DNA of 64,000 bases. Source: Vicugna vicugna. Its lineage: Eukaryota. The first letter of the stretch is position 1; each line of letters begins with the position of its first letter. Made by a program: the position numbers and the translations under genes. Under the pieces are notes generated by a model. It searched no databases. It worked only from the letters and a program-made list of their open reading frames with translations, and was not told where the DNA came from. The stretch spans positions 3,001,696 to 3,065,695 of the forward strand of contig MU058540.1 in NCBI GenBank assembly GCA_013265495.1, read 5' to 3'. Below are positions 14,101-25,570 of this stretch, one piece after another.

Positions 14101-16240
14101 TACAAGTAAAGAAACCAGGGCTTAGAACAGCTAACTGTTGGCCGGTAGACAGCTGGTTCCCCAGCGCGTTATTTTCCTGCTCCGGGACAGTGTGGTGCCC
14201 AAGAATGAAGATACGGCTTTAATTGAGCCAGGCGTGCTTCAGCTGGGGTAGGAGAATCTGGGGACAAGGGTCACCAAGCCAGGAACTCTTCAGGGTGTGT
14301 TTTCAAAACTGTTTTGGACAGAAATGGAGAGAATCTAACAGATGACTTTTATATAAGGCCTTTCACTTTTTCCCTCCCCATCTGAGAACTCTGTTTAAGA
14401 GTGAGTGTGGCTGGAACACAACTATGTTCAGCCATTTTCCCGTCACCACATGTTTCCAGACGTGTGACCAGAAGAAGGACTCTGCCTAATTCCACTTGTG
14501 GGTCCCCTTGGAGTTTACATCACTTGTTTTTTCAGTTATGGATTTTCTATTCCCTTCTTCCAAAACCCAGCATAGGCCTCAGTGTAGGAACAATTACTTT
14601 AAAACATAACAGTTCCTTAGCTGCAGGTGATGGCCTCAGTCATTTTAATATAATCTAGATGAAAGTTTTCTCAGAATTCAAACCCCAAAGCAGATGTTTG
14701 CTTCTCATCTAATTCTTGCCCAGTAGAAGGCCAAGTTGTAGGAGAAAGGGAAGTCTGGTTGCACGGAGAAAGACGATCTTGTCTACCTTTTGAGAATCAG
14801 TTATCAAACAGGAATTATTTAGGCTTCTGAGTTCTCCTATTATTGGAGGAAAAACCCTCCAGAGTTACAAGTTCCACACTCACTAACTTTCACTTTTTAA
14901 CTTTTCACCCACTAAAATTGGTTGAAGGAAGGGAGTGCCAGAGATGTGCTTTAAAATAGCATTTTGATTTGAGATTCTCTCCATGTTTGGACCTGCAGAT
15001 ACTGTGTACAGAGCTGACAGGTGTCAGGGCCAGGAGTGCTTATGAAGAGCCCTGTCACAAATGAAAAATGGGAGGCTCTGGGAACATGCTATGTGTATCC
15101 CCAGCCTCCTCACTCCGACTCTCCCCATATCTAGCAGCTTCTTCCACAAAAGCATCTCAGACAAGATGGGCAGGTGCTCTGCCTTCATGCACCACATCCA
15201 AGTCCCCCCACCCTGGGCACGGTGTGGCTTTAAGTGCTGGCCTTGGTGAAAAACCCTCCAGCCAGCTTGTCTGTTGTCCAGGTCTTTTAGTGTCTGGTTT
15301 CCTTGCCTTGCATAATTTAAGCATTAGAGCTAAATACATCTGTCATTTTCCCCTCTCTGGAGACCATGAAATGTCCAGACCTTTTCAAAATAGTGGAGAG
15401 AAGAAATGTTATGTAACTCCAAGCAGAGGCTGGAACTGTCCAGACATTCTGGGGCTTCCCACAGGCCATTCCTCCTGCCTTAGTGTGTCTGTCAGTCAGC
15501 CGGCGTCAATCCAAGAGTGAGCCACAGCTGCAAGCACCCGTGCAGAGAAGGGAAACCAGTTTAGTTTTGAGTTTCAAGCAGAAATTGTGGTGTTGGGACA
15601 TCAGCTTTGTGCCAGGCTTAACTTACCTCTGTTCCTCATAACAGCTCTGTGGGGTAGGTGAGGTCAACCTGTGAAGCCACCTTTACTCACAGCTCAGCAG
15701 TGTCCCAGCCTTCAAACTTCAACCCCTCTTTTCAGGAACAAACTCTCACTTATCTATGAGAATTGATGACAGGAATTAATAGACGTGTGGCATTCCCAGA
15801 GAACCCTTAGCCTCATCGTAGGCGACTTTCCCTCCAAACTTCTTTCCATAGTTGCACCCTCAGAAAAATGCTGCCTGTGGTCTCTTCCTCCTCCCTCCTG
15901 TGGAAGGGTTAGTAACAGACACCTAGGCTGGGGGAGAAGACTGGAGAGGCAGAGGTAAGCAGGAACTCGGTGCTCAGCCTCTTCCCTGCCATCAGCAGGG
16001 ACGGGAGCCGGGACGGCTGCAGTGGGAACCAGGGTTGTGATCCTGTGTGGTCCCAGTAAGCAGAGGGAGGCGGACATCAGTCCATCCACAAGTGCTCCAA
16101 ATGGTCTAAAAGCTGTTACTTTGTGTTCAGTGTAGAATAACTTAATGGTCTGCAAACTTGTAAAGAATGTATGTAAATCAAAGTTTTATGTAACAGAATT
16201 TTTACCTTTTGCAATTAAAAGTGTGTATGTTGGTTGATAA
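11135..16240 (+). other. C6orf89: Probable long (~5.1 kb) 3' UTR of C6orf89
   Basis: Repeat-poor sequence after the stop, ending at ATTAAA 16214-16219 with upstream TGTA motifs and a GT/T-rich downstream element. Repeat density rises after ~16.8 kb. Confidence 0.55.
16214..16219 (+). terminator. Candidate distal polyadenylation signal (ATTAAA) of C6orf89
   Basis: ATTAAA preceded by several TGTA motifs (16130-16192) and followed by gtgtgtatgttggttg...ggtttggttttc. Confidence 0.55.
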
Positions 16241-16799
16241 GAACTTTCCTGTACTTGATGTCATGGTTTGGTTTTCAGTTTTCTCTTCCGTAACTGAGGG
16301 CTCTCCTGTGGGCCTCCCAGTCACCTGTCCGTGCCGGCCTTGGTCCTGTCTGACATCCCATCCAGCTTTGTGCTGGCTTGTGTTAACAGACTTCTTTTAT
16401 CCCCATTCCAGCCCTTTGCCCACTTTGGCTTCTGATCTGCTGTTCCCATAAATTCTCAAATTTCAGTCCTCCTATTAATACCACCCACCCCTGCCTCGTC
16501 CCTGCACTTTGCCCTAAATTCAAATGAGACCCTCGATGCCTTTTTCCTTCTCCCATCCGGCTACACGTGGCCCAGGTGCCCTCCAGTGTCACCTCACCTG
16601 TTGAAGTCCTTGGTCCTTGGAGGAGGACAGCCAGGCCCCCTTGCTGGCTCACCCCCACTGCCACCAGATCAGGGCCACTTTCAGCACTCAAGTCACTAAA
16701 TACAGATTTGATTTGAGTTAAGGCATTTTTGTGTGTTCATATTTTGGGGGGTAATTTCTATATATGCACAGTTTTATATAAATGCATAAATATGGAAGT

Positions 16800-17158
16800 T
16801 TATATAGTTTTTAGTGTCCTGTTTTATTTTCTCCTTTACTTCCTGCACCCTTTTCCCTCTCCCCCACCTTACCCTGGTCAGGTAAATGTAACGTATACGA
16901 AGTCATGCCCGGCCGTGTGTCTTTCCACGGTTTCCTCCATGCTCCCTAATCATAATCAGAAATCATAAGATTTTTGTCGTTGCTTTGTCAAAAATGGGAT
17001 CATATTGCAGGCACTTGATGTTTCTTATTTTTCTTACTCAATACCCCGTACAGTTCTCTTGAAGTCAGCTAGCATAGCTCTCTGATCCCTTCTTTTTAAT
17101 GGCTTATATTCCATGGTATGAATATACCATCATTTATTCAACTGTTCTCTCTTATTGA
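16800..17158 (-). mobile_element. Old L1 (L1ME-type) 3' fragment
   Basis: aaaatgggatcatatt...tctttttaatggct..tattccatggtatgaatataccat..tttattcaac is an antisense L1 3' motif. Confidence 0.65.
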
Positions 17159-17399
17159 TCCTGTTAAAAGGTTATTCGGAATGTAAGTCAAGAAATCTAC
17201 TATTAATTTTTAAAATATTTGTTTGTATAGAATGTAAAATATACATTCTTGTTTGCTCCAACTCTAATGTATATTCTTCAAAAATTGAAAAATCATCCCA
17301 TTCCACAGTACTTATTCATTCACCTGCTTAAAAACTGGACTTCAACCAAAAAAAAAAAAAAAGTAAGGGCTGGATTCCATGTAAAAAGGTAGCAGAGAC

Positions 17400-18180
17400 A
17401 CCTGTGTTCAGTCCCCTCCTTTCTCAGCTCCTTTCTAGCACTTGACACTGACCTGTGGAAAACATCTCCCTCCCTTGGCTTCTGTGAGACTCACTACTTC
17501 CCTCCTGAACCTCCTCCTGCCACTTGTCTCCTTTGTAGGATCTTCTGCCATCTCTGAAACATTGGTCTCCCCTACCAGTCTGCCCTTGGGTTTCCTCTTT
17601 TCTTATTCCCCGGGAGAGATCTCAACTCTGTGCTTTACCTTTCACCCGTGGGCAAGTCACTTCCAACCTCCATGGCTGGGCCACTTCTCACCTGAGTTCT
17701 CGTCGTATAAATCCAAGTGTCAGGAGCTCATCTCCATTAGTTCTCTCCCAACGCACCTCTAATTCACCGTGTCCACAACAACCATGCAGTCTCAGAGGGC
17801 TCCTGTCTTTCCTCTCAGCCTCTACTTCTGATCAGGACCAAGCTCTGGAGAGTTCTGCCTCCTTGTCACAGGTCTAGCCCCATTGCTGCTGCCCAGTTCA
17901 GAAACATGATGTTTCACGCCTGGACTCTGCCAGTAATTGCAATTCGTTTCTTATGCGTGTCTGCCATCCCAGTTCACCATACACATAGCTGCCACAACGA
18001 TCTTTCCAAAACACAGGTCACCTCATTTCCTCGCTCAGCGCTTCTCAATGGCTCTCCACTACCCACAGAATAAGAAGTCCTGGCTGCCCCTCCAGCCTCA
18101 TTCTACTTCTTCCCTTTGCTTCCCTTCCTCATCTACTGTGCCCCACCTCTACTGGGCCATCTATAATTCCTGGAAATATC
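17400..18180 (+). mobile_element. L2 LINE fragment
   Basis: Pyrimidine-rich degenerate L2 ORF/3' motifs (cttgacactg...tcccttggcttctgtga; ctcaatggctctccact). Confidence 0.6.
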
Positions 18181-18185
18181 CAGGC

Positions 18186-18835
18186 TTTTTTTTTTTTAAG
18201 AGCAGTTTTAGGTTCATAGCAAAATTGAGCAAAATACAGAGAATGCCTATATAATTCGGTTTTTTAATTTATTTTTAGAGGAGTTACTGGGGATTGAACC
18301 CAGGACCTCTGCATGCTAAGAATAGGCTCTACTATTGAGCTAGACCCTCCCTACCTCACCTATATTATCTTCAAAGAGTTTCACAAGTTTGCATTTTACA
18401 TTTAGGTCTATGATCCATTTTGAGTTAATTTTTATGAACAGTGTAAAGTCTGGGTCTAGATTCATTTTTTTGCACGTGGATGTCCAGTTGTTTCAGCACC
18501 ATTTGTTGAAAACACTATCTTTGCCTCATTGTATTGCCTTTGCTCTTTGTCAAAGGTTGGTTGGCCATATTTATGTGGATCTATTTCTGGGCTCTCTACT
18601 CTGCTGTACTGGTCTTTTGTCTATTCTTTTTGCTAATACCACATTGTTTTGATTACCGTAGCTTTATAGTAAGTCTTGAAGTCAGGTGGTGTCAGTTCTC
18701 TATTCTCCAATATTGAGTCGGCAATTCTGGGTCCTTTGCCTTTCCATATAAACCTTACAATCAGTTTGTCCATATCCACAAAATAACTTGCTGGAATTTT
18801 GATCAAGATTGCATTGAATCTACAGATCAAGTTGC
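18186..18835 (-). mobile_element. L1 fragment (3' end plus ORF2 piece), interrupted by a SINE
   Basis: The antisense translation ICRFNAILIKIPASYFVDMDKLIVRFIWKGKGPRIA...LTPPDFKTYYKATVIKTMWY is L1 ORF2. Confidence 0.9.
18260..18351 (-). mobile_element. tRNA-derived SINE (Vic-1-like), antisense copy
   Basis: Reverse complement reads GGGAGGGTCTAGCTCAATAGTAGAG...GCATGCAGAGGTCCTGGGTTCAATCCCCAGT, with A and B boxes. Same family as the copies at 27138 and 53250. Confidence 0.85.
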
Positions 18836-18891
18836 ATCCAGGTTGCTTTTAATTAGAAGTTATAATTCCTATCCCATGATAAAATATTTTT

Positions 18892-19176
18892 TATTGTAGC
18901 ATAGTCACTTTACAATGTTGTATCAATTTCTAGTGTACAGCACAATGTTTCAATCATACATATACATACACATATTCATTTTCATATTCTTTTTCAGTGT
19001 AGGTTACTACAAGGTATTGAAAACAGTTTCCTGTGCTGTACAGAAGAAACTTGTTGTTTATCTATTTTATATATAGTAGTTAGTATCTGCAAATCTCGAC
19101 TCCCAGTTTATCCCTTCCCATCTCTTTCCCTCCAATAATCATAAGTTTGTTTTCTATGTCTGTGAGTCTGTTTCTG
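18892..19176 (-). mobile_element. 5'-truncated artiodactyl-type L1 3' end with imperfect TSD
   Basis: Antisense CAGAAACAGACTCACAGACATAGAAAACAAACTTATG...CAATAAAAAA. Flanked by ccatgataaaatattttt (18874-18891) and ccatgataatattttt (19177-19192). Confidence 0.85.
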
Positions 19177-19799
19177 CCATGATAATATTTTTAAACTTTT
19201 CTTTTGTCCTGTGTCTTTTTTTGCTTGGTTTGAATTCCATTTTATTAGTGAGCATTCCTTCAACATGACACGTCCTTTAGGCTTTCTTAATAAATCAAAC
19301 TGACAAGCCCGTAGACACCATGTTGAAGAGAGATATTTCACCAATCTTATTTTTTCAGAATAATGACTTTATTATTTCTGTAAAAATGATTCATTTTCTT
19401 ATAAAGAACTGAAGACAACTTGAGTGGTCTTACAAAAACCTCCACCCAGTTATAACTACTAACATCAGGTGAACAGCATTCTAGGCGTCTCGAGGGTATT
19501 TCTAGCTAGAAGGCTACATAGAAATGCTTTTATTAAAATGGGCTCAGTTATGCTACTTAAAGTACAAAAACACTAAATCAATTTTATGTGAATATAGCAG
19601 GAAAAAAAAACTGAAGTAGACATTTCTTCCCCACAAAAGTATATTAATTCCTAAAAGATCTCTCTGGAGTTAAGATTATGAGAAACAGTGAGAAACTAGA
19701 ATTGTTCTTAAAAAGATTTTCTTTTAGATGGCATGGTCCAAGGCTCTGAAGGTGAGGAAATAGCTTGCTCTTTCTCCAACATTATCTCTTCCTCTGCTT

Positions 19800-20870
19800 C
19801 CCAGTTTGTATAAATTATACCTACATTGATGATATCAAGAGTCCATTGCGATTCCTTCTGCTCTGAAGCCATAATTCTCCGAGTTATTTAACCTTCATTT
19901 TATATTTAAACTGATTTGTGACTTATCGCCAGTACTTCTACCATCACTTCTTCATTCCTGAGTTGTTTTCACACTCTTGGTTGGCCGAATTTCATCATTA
20001 AGTTTTTCAAGGATGGCTCATGAATGCTGTATTTTCTGTGTTTGAGAATGTTTCTGTGGTCTTGATGCTTGAATACAACAACTTGGCTGAGTAAAATATT
20101 CTTGCATCACTCTCTCGCTCAGAACTTTGGAGACATTTCTTCATTGTCATTTGGCAACATTGACTGTTGGCAGGGACAAGACAGGCCAGCCTAAGATTCC
20201 CCTTTAGAATGAAGGTGACTATTTTTCTTTCTTCTTCTTCTTCTTCCCCCTTCCCCTCCTCCCCCTCCTCCTCCTCTTCTTCTCCCCTCCTCTTCCTCTC
20301 CCCTCCTCTTCCTCCTCCTTCTTCATCTATGTGCCTGAAGAATTCTTTCTTTCTTTTCCTTATTGGTTTTTCCTGGAACAAGGTGTGTCTTTTGAGTTGC
20401 AATTCCATTCTTAATTCTGGGAAAGTTGTCTTATATTTTCTTTAAAACGGATACTTTTTCTTTTCCGTTTGTTAGGTTCTCTGTTTCAGATTCTATATTT
20501 ATTCCTTTGTTTTATTGTCTTGATCTGTTATGACCATTGTCTTCTCTCTTTTTAATACTTGTCTTTTTTCTCATTGACCACAATTATCTCAAGTCTTCCC
20601 TCCATATCAGTTTATTTTTCAGCCACATCTATTCAGTTTCTTGTTATTTCTGATGTGTTAATTTTATAAAAATACTCTGTTTATTCCTTTTTATCTCATT
20701 CTGTGCATTCATATTTGCTTTCTTGCTTGAATTCATGTTGTTAAATTTTTCTGTAGCTCAAAATGCTATAGGAAAAAATTTTGTTCCTTGGGGAGCATTT
20801 TTTTCTAGACCTGGTTTTCATTAGTCACATGTATGTTCCTTCATATACTTGTATAGCCACTCTGCCATTT
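19800..20870 (-). mobile_element. Degenerate L1 ORF1 (or HAL1-type) region, with a CT-rich simple repeat at ~20222-20330
   Basis: The antisense translation ...KGNLRLA...ARIFYSAKLLY resembles the L1 ORF1p motif IRLTADFS...PRILYPAKLSF. Confidence 0.6.
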
Positions 20871-22629
20871 CTTTTCAATGTCTCGTGCTTAATGTGGAAG
20901 CCCTGGCTAGATGTTTTGCTTGCTTCTGTATAATCTGTGTACATTTTCAATTCTAACAATGTCTGTATCCACCACTAAGATTTTACAAATGCTCACATTT
21001 TACTGTGTTAACGAAGTAATTGATATATGCAGTGTATTTAGTGCTTGTCACAAAAGCCTCATCTTTGCTCTTTCTTACTTGAGGACCCTCCTCATCAGGT
21101 AGACGGCTGAGACTCTCTCTCCCTCCTTCAGGTCGACTTTCTCCTTCTTCATTCTGTCCTCATCAGGACCTCATATTTTCTCAACTGCCTACCGTACTCC
21201 ATCCTCTCTTGTTTTTTAAAAAAATTCCTTATCTTCCATCCCCACCAAGTGAAAGTACTGAACACTAAGTTAATGAAAACTTAGTAAATGTAAGAAAATT
21301 CATCATTAATCTAAAAACTAACTCAATAGGCCCTTCCTTTCCAACCACTCAGGCACACACACCCACACAGGGTCTCCCTGCCTCTCAGGAGCCTCCTTGC
21401 GAAGTAGAAGGGCGGGGAACTCGGGAGCCAGAGGCCTCAGTAGGAATCCCACTTCTGACTTGTTAGGAGAGTGACCTTGGAGAGTTCCACTGACCTTTCC
21501 AGTTTTGGTTTCCTCATCCCTAAATCAATGTGGCTAATCCTGTCTTCAGAGTGTTGGTATAAAGATACCTGAGACCAGGTGTGTGAAGGGAGCAGCTCTG
21601 TCCCTGCACAGGGGGGGTGCTCCGTGTGTGCTCCCGTTTTCCTCTCATGCTCAGCCTGTGTCCTCTCTCTCAGTTAGGTTGTGCCCTCTGCTGTGGACAG
21701 TCCTTCTCCAGCCTCGAGAGCCACCCTTGAAATCACCACAGGCAGAGCTAGACCAGATCCCAAAGATCCTCTAACTACCCCTCCTCTTTTATGACGAGAT
21801 GAAGCTGAGGCCCTTAGTAGAAGGAGGAGTAGAAGAACCCACCCAGTGCTCCTGGCCACCAGTCCTCTTAGGTTTATGGAAATGCTTGTCTATTTCTGCT
21901 CCCTGCCCACGTCAGAGTCCTCTCCTTGGCTCCCCTTAGCCAGTTCCATCCTAAACCCTCTGTAAACATCACCTGAAGATATCACCTCACAGCTCGCCAC
22001 TGAACTCAACCTTCATCCTCTTTGCTGACTCCCAGCATTTAATGCTTTCCTCCACCCTGTCTGGCCTGGGTTTGCGGGACAAGGCCAAAGCTCATTTTCA
22101 GCTGAACCAATCCCCAGCTCCTGCTAGAGGCTGGGCCTTTCAATGTTCTGTCAGAGGCCCTGTGTGTCTCTCCTGCTGTCTGGTTCCCTCAGGCAGCACA
22201 TGTGGACAGAGGCAGCCACATTCTCCTTCTACCCACACAAATCCCTCCCTGGCTGAGAACAAAACTCTACACAGATGTGCAGCCCTACTGCTTACTCAAG
22301 AAGCCTTGGAGAGAACTGTCTTTGTCTAGAAGATACTTCTTGGCCCCCAGGTTCCCCGACTCCTGCCCAGCCCCCAGTGCCTGGCAGATCTGTCCTCTGC
22401 CAATCTCCAGGCATCTCAAGTCTGGAGCTGCACAGAGCACAAGGGGCTGGGTGTGTTAGGCTTTTGTACAGATGTCCAGCTCTGGGGGCTCAGGGTTACA
22501 GGCAAGAATATGGTTCCTAGCCCCTTGAGGTTTAATAATCTTGTTGAGGAGACATGGGGAGCAAGTGTAAGGTGCACTTTAAGAACTAAACACTGGGAAT
22601 TAAACAGTATCAATAAAAGATGAATCAGA

Positions 22630-22981
22630 TAAAATCAGGCCAAGATGGCAGAGTAGAAAGACTCACAGCTCACCCTCTCCCACAAATACAATAGAATACA
22701 AAGAATTACATCTACAAACCCAGTGAATTGCACAGAACACCTACTGAGCTCTGGCAGAGTGTCTCTCATTTTGAAATACAGGAAGATTCTCACAAAATCC
22801 AATTAACAAATTTATACTGTGTAGCACAGGGAACCATGTTCAATATCTTGTAGTAACTGATGGTGAAAAAGAATATGAAGACAAATACATGTATGTTCCT
22901 GTATGACTGAAGTATTGTGCTGTACACCAGAAATTGACACATTGTAAACTGACTATACTTCAGTAAAAAATACATTTAAAA
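22630..22981 (+). mobile_element. Internally deleted L1 derivative (L1 5' UTR head fused to L1 3' UTR tail) with 15-bp TSD
   Basis: TSD AAAAGATGAATCAGA at 22615-22629 and 22982-22996. The head starts with CAAGATGGCAGAGTAGAAAGAC; the tail is ...ACTGTGTAGCACAGGGAAC...ATTGTAAACTGACTATACTTCAGTAAAAAA. Confidence 0.8.
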
Positions 22982-23399
22982 AAAAGATGAATCAGAACAG
23001 ATATGCAAATCCACCTGAAGAAATGGTTCCCAGACTTGACTGAAATCAGAATGGAGACATAACCCAGAAAAACATTAATGTAAAGATTGTGCCCATCAGA
23101 AGACGGAGAGAGTGGCCATCAATGGGAACCCAGAAAAGAGACAGCCTTGGAGGCAGAGGCTGGTGGTGCCCATCTGACTGGGGAGACAGTGCCCCTAGGA
23201 TGTTGGCATAACCAGCCTTACCCACACCTCTCTGGATTCCAAAGCTTCATCCATGCTAAACTGCCAGGGTAATACAGAGAGCTGGGAACAGGGAATTGGG
23301 GGTGGTGTCGGGAGAGGAGACTGGAGTTGCTGGTGAAAACCAAGCTGTGAGCTCCTGTGAGGGCAGGCTCTGTGTGAGCATTTCCTGAATGAATGCTGC

Positions 23400-23850
23400 A
23401 TGATGAAAACTATCCCAGAGAAAGTGAGGTCTGAGCAGGGCCCTCAGAGTTGTTAATGGATGTAAGAATGTGGAGGAGAGACAGGAAGATAGACATTGCA
23501 GAATGAGGAAATGGTTGCTTTACATGGAAAATGAAGGCACAGAGGTAGGAACAACATGATGTGTGCAGAGGACCAGAAAGGAGTTGGCAAACACAGTGAG
23601 TCCTAGGGTAGAGTCAGGTTGTGAGATCACATGCAATGCAGTGGGAAGGCACTGAGTTCCTCAGAAGGAAAGACATGATGAAAGTGGTGTTTGAGAATCA
23701 TCCTGACTGGGCAGGCTGATGGGTGCCAGGAGGGGAATGAGGGTCTAGGGGGCAGAGAGGCTATGGAATAACCCAGCTTAGGGTCATGGGACTGTGCCAT
23801 AGCGGGTGCTGGAAATGAAGAAGCTGGGAAAGACAGGCAGAGATAGGTAC
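23400..23850 (-). mobile_element. L2 fragment
   Basis: Purine-rich antisense L2 motifs (aatgcagtgggaaggcactgag...gacatgatgaaagtggtgtttgagaatcatcctgactg). Confidence 0.6.
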
Positions 23851-24092
23851 AAAAAGGATTACTACAGCACCATTTGTATTAGCAGGAAAAAAAAGGAAAC
23901 AGCCCAAATGTTCATCAGTAGGAAAATGGATAGGTAGATGGCTGGGTATTCATGCAACAGAATACCATACGGCAGGGAAAATGAGCAGGTAGCTCTACGT
24001 GCCTCAGTGTCAACAAATCTTAGAAAAGGAGGAAAGAAAAAAGGAAGGGAGGAGGGAAAGAAGGGAAAAACAAATTTTAGAAGTATCTAAAC

Positions 24093-24290
24093 CATGCTCT
24101 CCAATGCAGTAGCCACTACCTGCATGTGGCTATTCAAGCTTAAATTAATTAAAATTAAAAATGCAATTCCTTAGTCCTACTAACCACATTTCAAGTGCTT
24201 AAAAACGACATGCCGTTTGTGGCTACCATACTGGACAATGCAGATAAAAAACATTTCCCACATCACAGAGAGTTCCTTTGGACAGCGCTG
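24093..24290 (-). mobile_element. MER3 (hAT-Charlie) DNA transposon inserted into an old L1 fragment (~23860-24530)
   Basis: tccaatgcagtagccact..catgtggctatt...cacatttcaagtgct...gtggctaccatactggaca...ttggacagcgctg matches the recalled MER3 consensus. Confidence 0.8.
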
Positions 24291-24827
24291 ATGTTTTAAA
24301 ACATACTATATATTGTGCATGGATACATGTAAAAATACAATGGAGATCATGCAACTGTCAAACAACAGATTGAGACAACAATACGTCTGGGAAGGCAAGT
24401 GTTCAGGATCAGGGGAATGCTGGCTTCCATGTTTTATCTCCAAAGTCAGGAGGTGGCTAAATGAGTGCTTGTTATACTATCATCTATATTTTACATGCCG
24501 TAAGTATTTCATAGTAAAAACAATTTTGAAGAAAATAGGTTGGACATGAAGACACTGTGATGGAGACTGAGTATAAGCCAAGCAGGAAACCAAAATGGCT
24601 TAAATTTCTTGCCTGGGAGAAGGTGGGGGGAGAAGAGGCACGGGCTGCGGGGACATCTGACCTTCCTCAGCCTGTTATCCACAGTCCCATGTGTACGGTT
24701 CAGCCACTCCGTTGCCGCCATCCTGGTCCTTCACCCTCATGGACACTCCTCTGTTCTTCATTGCCATGGTTACTTGGCCTCGAGTCAGGCAAAAACACCT
24801 GTAGAGCCTGGCCGCCTGCTGGTCACA

Positions 24828-24886
24828 CACACCTCTCAGGTGTCCCTCCTGCTCGCCTAGACTCAGCTCCCACTATTCTGGCCACA
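24828..24886 (+). repeat. Inverted repeat, left arm (partner at 26466-26523)
   Basis: 24835-24886 matches the reverse complement of 26466-26517 at 50/52 positions, plus a further CACACC after a 1-nt indel. Confidence 0.95.
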
Positions 24887-25389
24887 TGCCCCTTCCCATA
24901 AGCTCCGCTACCCCAGCTCCAAAACCAAGCCCAGCCCACATTCCTAAAGAGGGCCACTTACGTCCCATTAGAGTCCCAGTGAGGCCTGGGACAGCTGTGC
25001 TCTGTCAGGAATTTGTCTGCACCAGGAAGCCAGTAGCCCAGGGGAGGCCTGGGCCAGGTGCCCAGCCCTGCTGAGGCCAAGGGGCTCCTGGATGCAGAAT
25101 TTGGGCATTGGCCAAGCTTGGCATTTCAGGGGAGAGAGGAAGCCTCTGTCCCCACTGGGCTGGGTGCTGGTTCCTAATTATGCTTCAGGGCTGGCTGGGG
25201 CAGCCAGGCTCTCCTCTTTGGAGCAATTTGTTGTGGCCCCCTCTGTGGGGTGATGCCCTTTCCTCAGAGCCCCTCAGTCCTTAATCCCAGAGCCAAGAAA
25301 CCCTAGACAGGAGAATAATTAGCAGATCCCATTCTGCCCCCGTTGAGGCACCTGGGCACCTCCTGCCTCTTTTTTCCACTGATTCAAAA

Positions 25390-25570
25390 CAGCTACCATT
25401 TATCAAGTGCTAAGTATTTGACACTAATTTTACTGAATCACCCCAGCAAGTCTCTGAGGTGGGTGGTATTATTCCATTTTACGTATGAACAAAGTGAGGT
25501 TTGAGGAGGTTAATGATTTTCCCAGCTAGTAAATGACAGTCATGCTTAGAGCCTGGGTGGGTTTGACCTG
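25390..25570 (-). mobile_element. MIR SINE
   Basis: agctaccatttatcaagtgct...attattccattttac..atgaacaaagtgagg..gaggttaatgatttt. Confidence 0.7.

Noticed and set aside
17160..17362. AT-rich segment ending in an A15 run, a possible retrocopied 3' UTR
   Set aside because: No convincing TSD, canonical poly(A) signal or recognisable parent gene.
20007..20445. Glu-rich and Ser/Pro-rich ORFs on opposite strands
   Set aside because: They arise from a CT-rich simple repeat inside a decayed L1 ORF1-like remnant.
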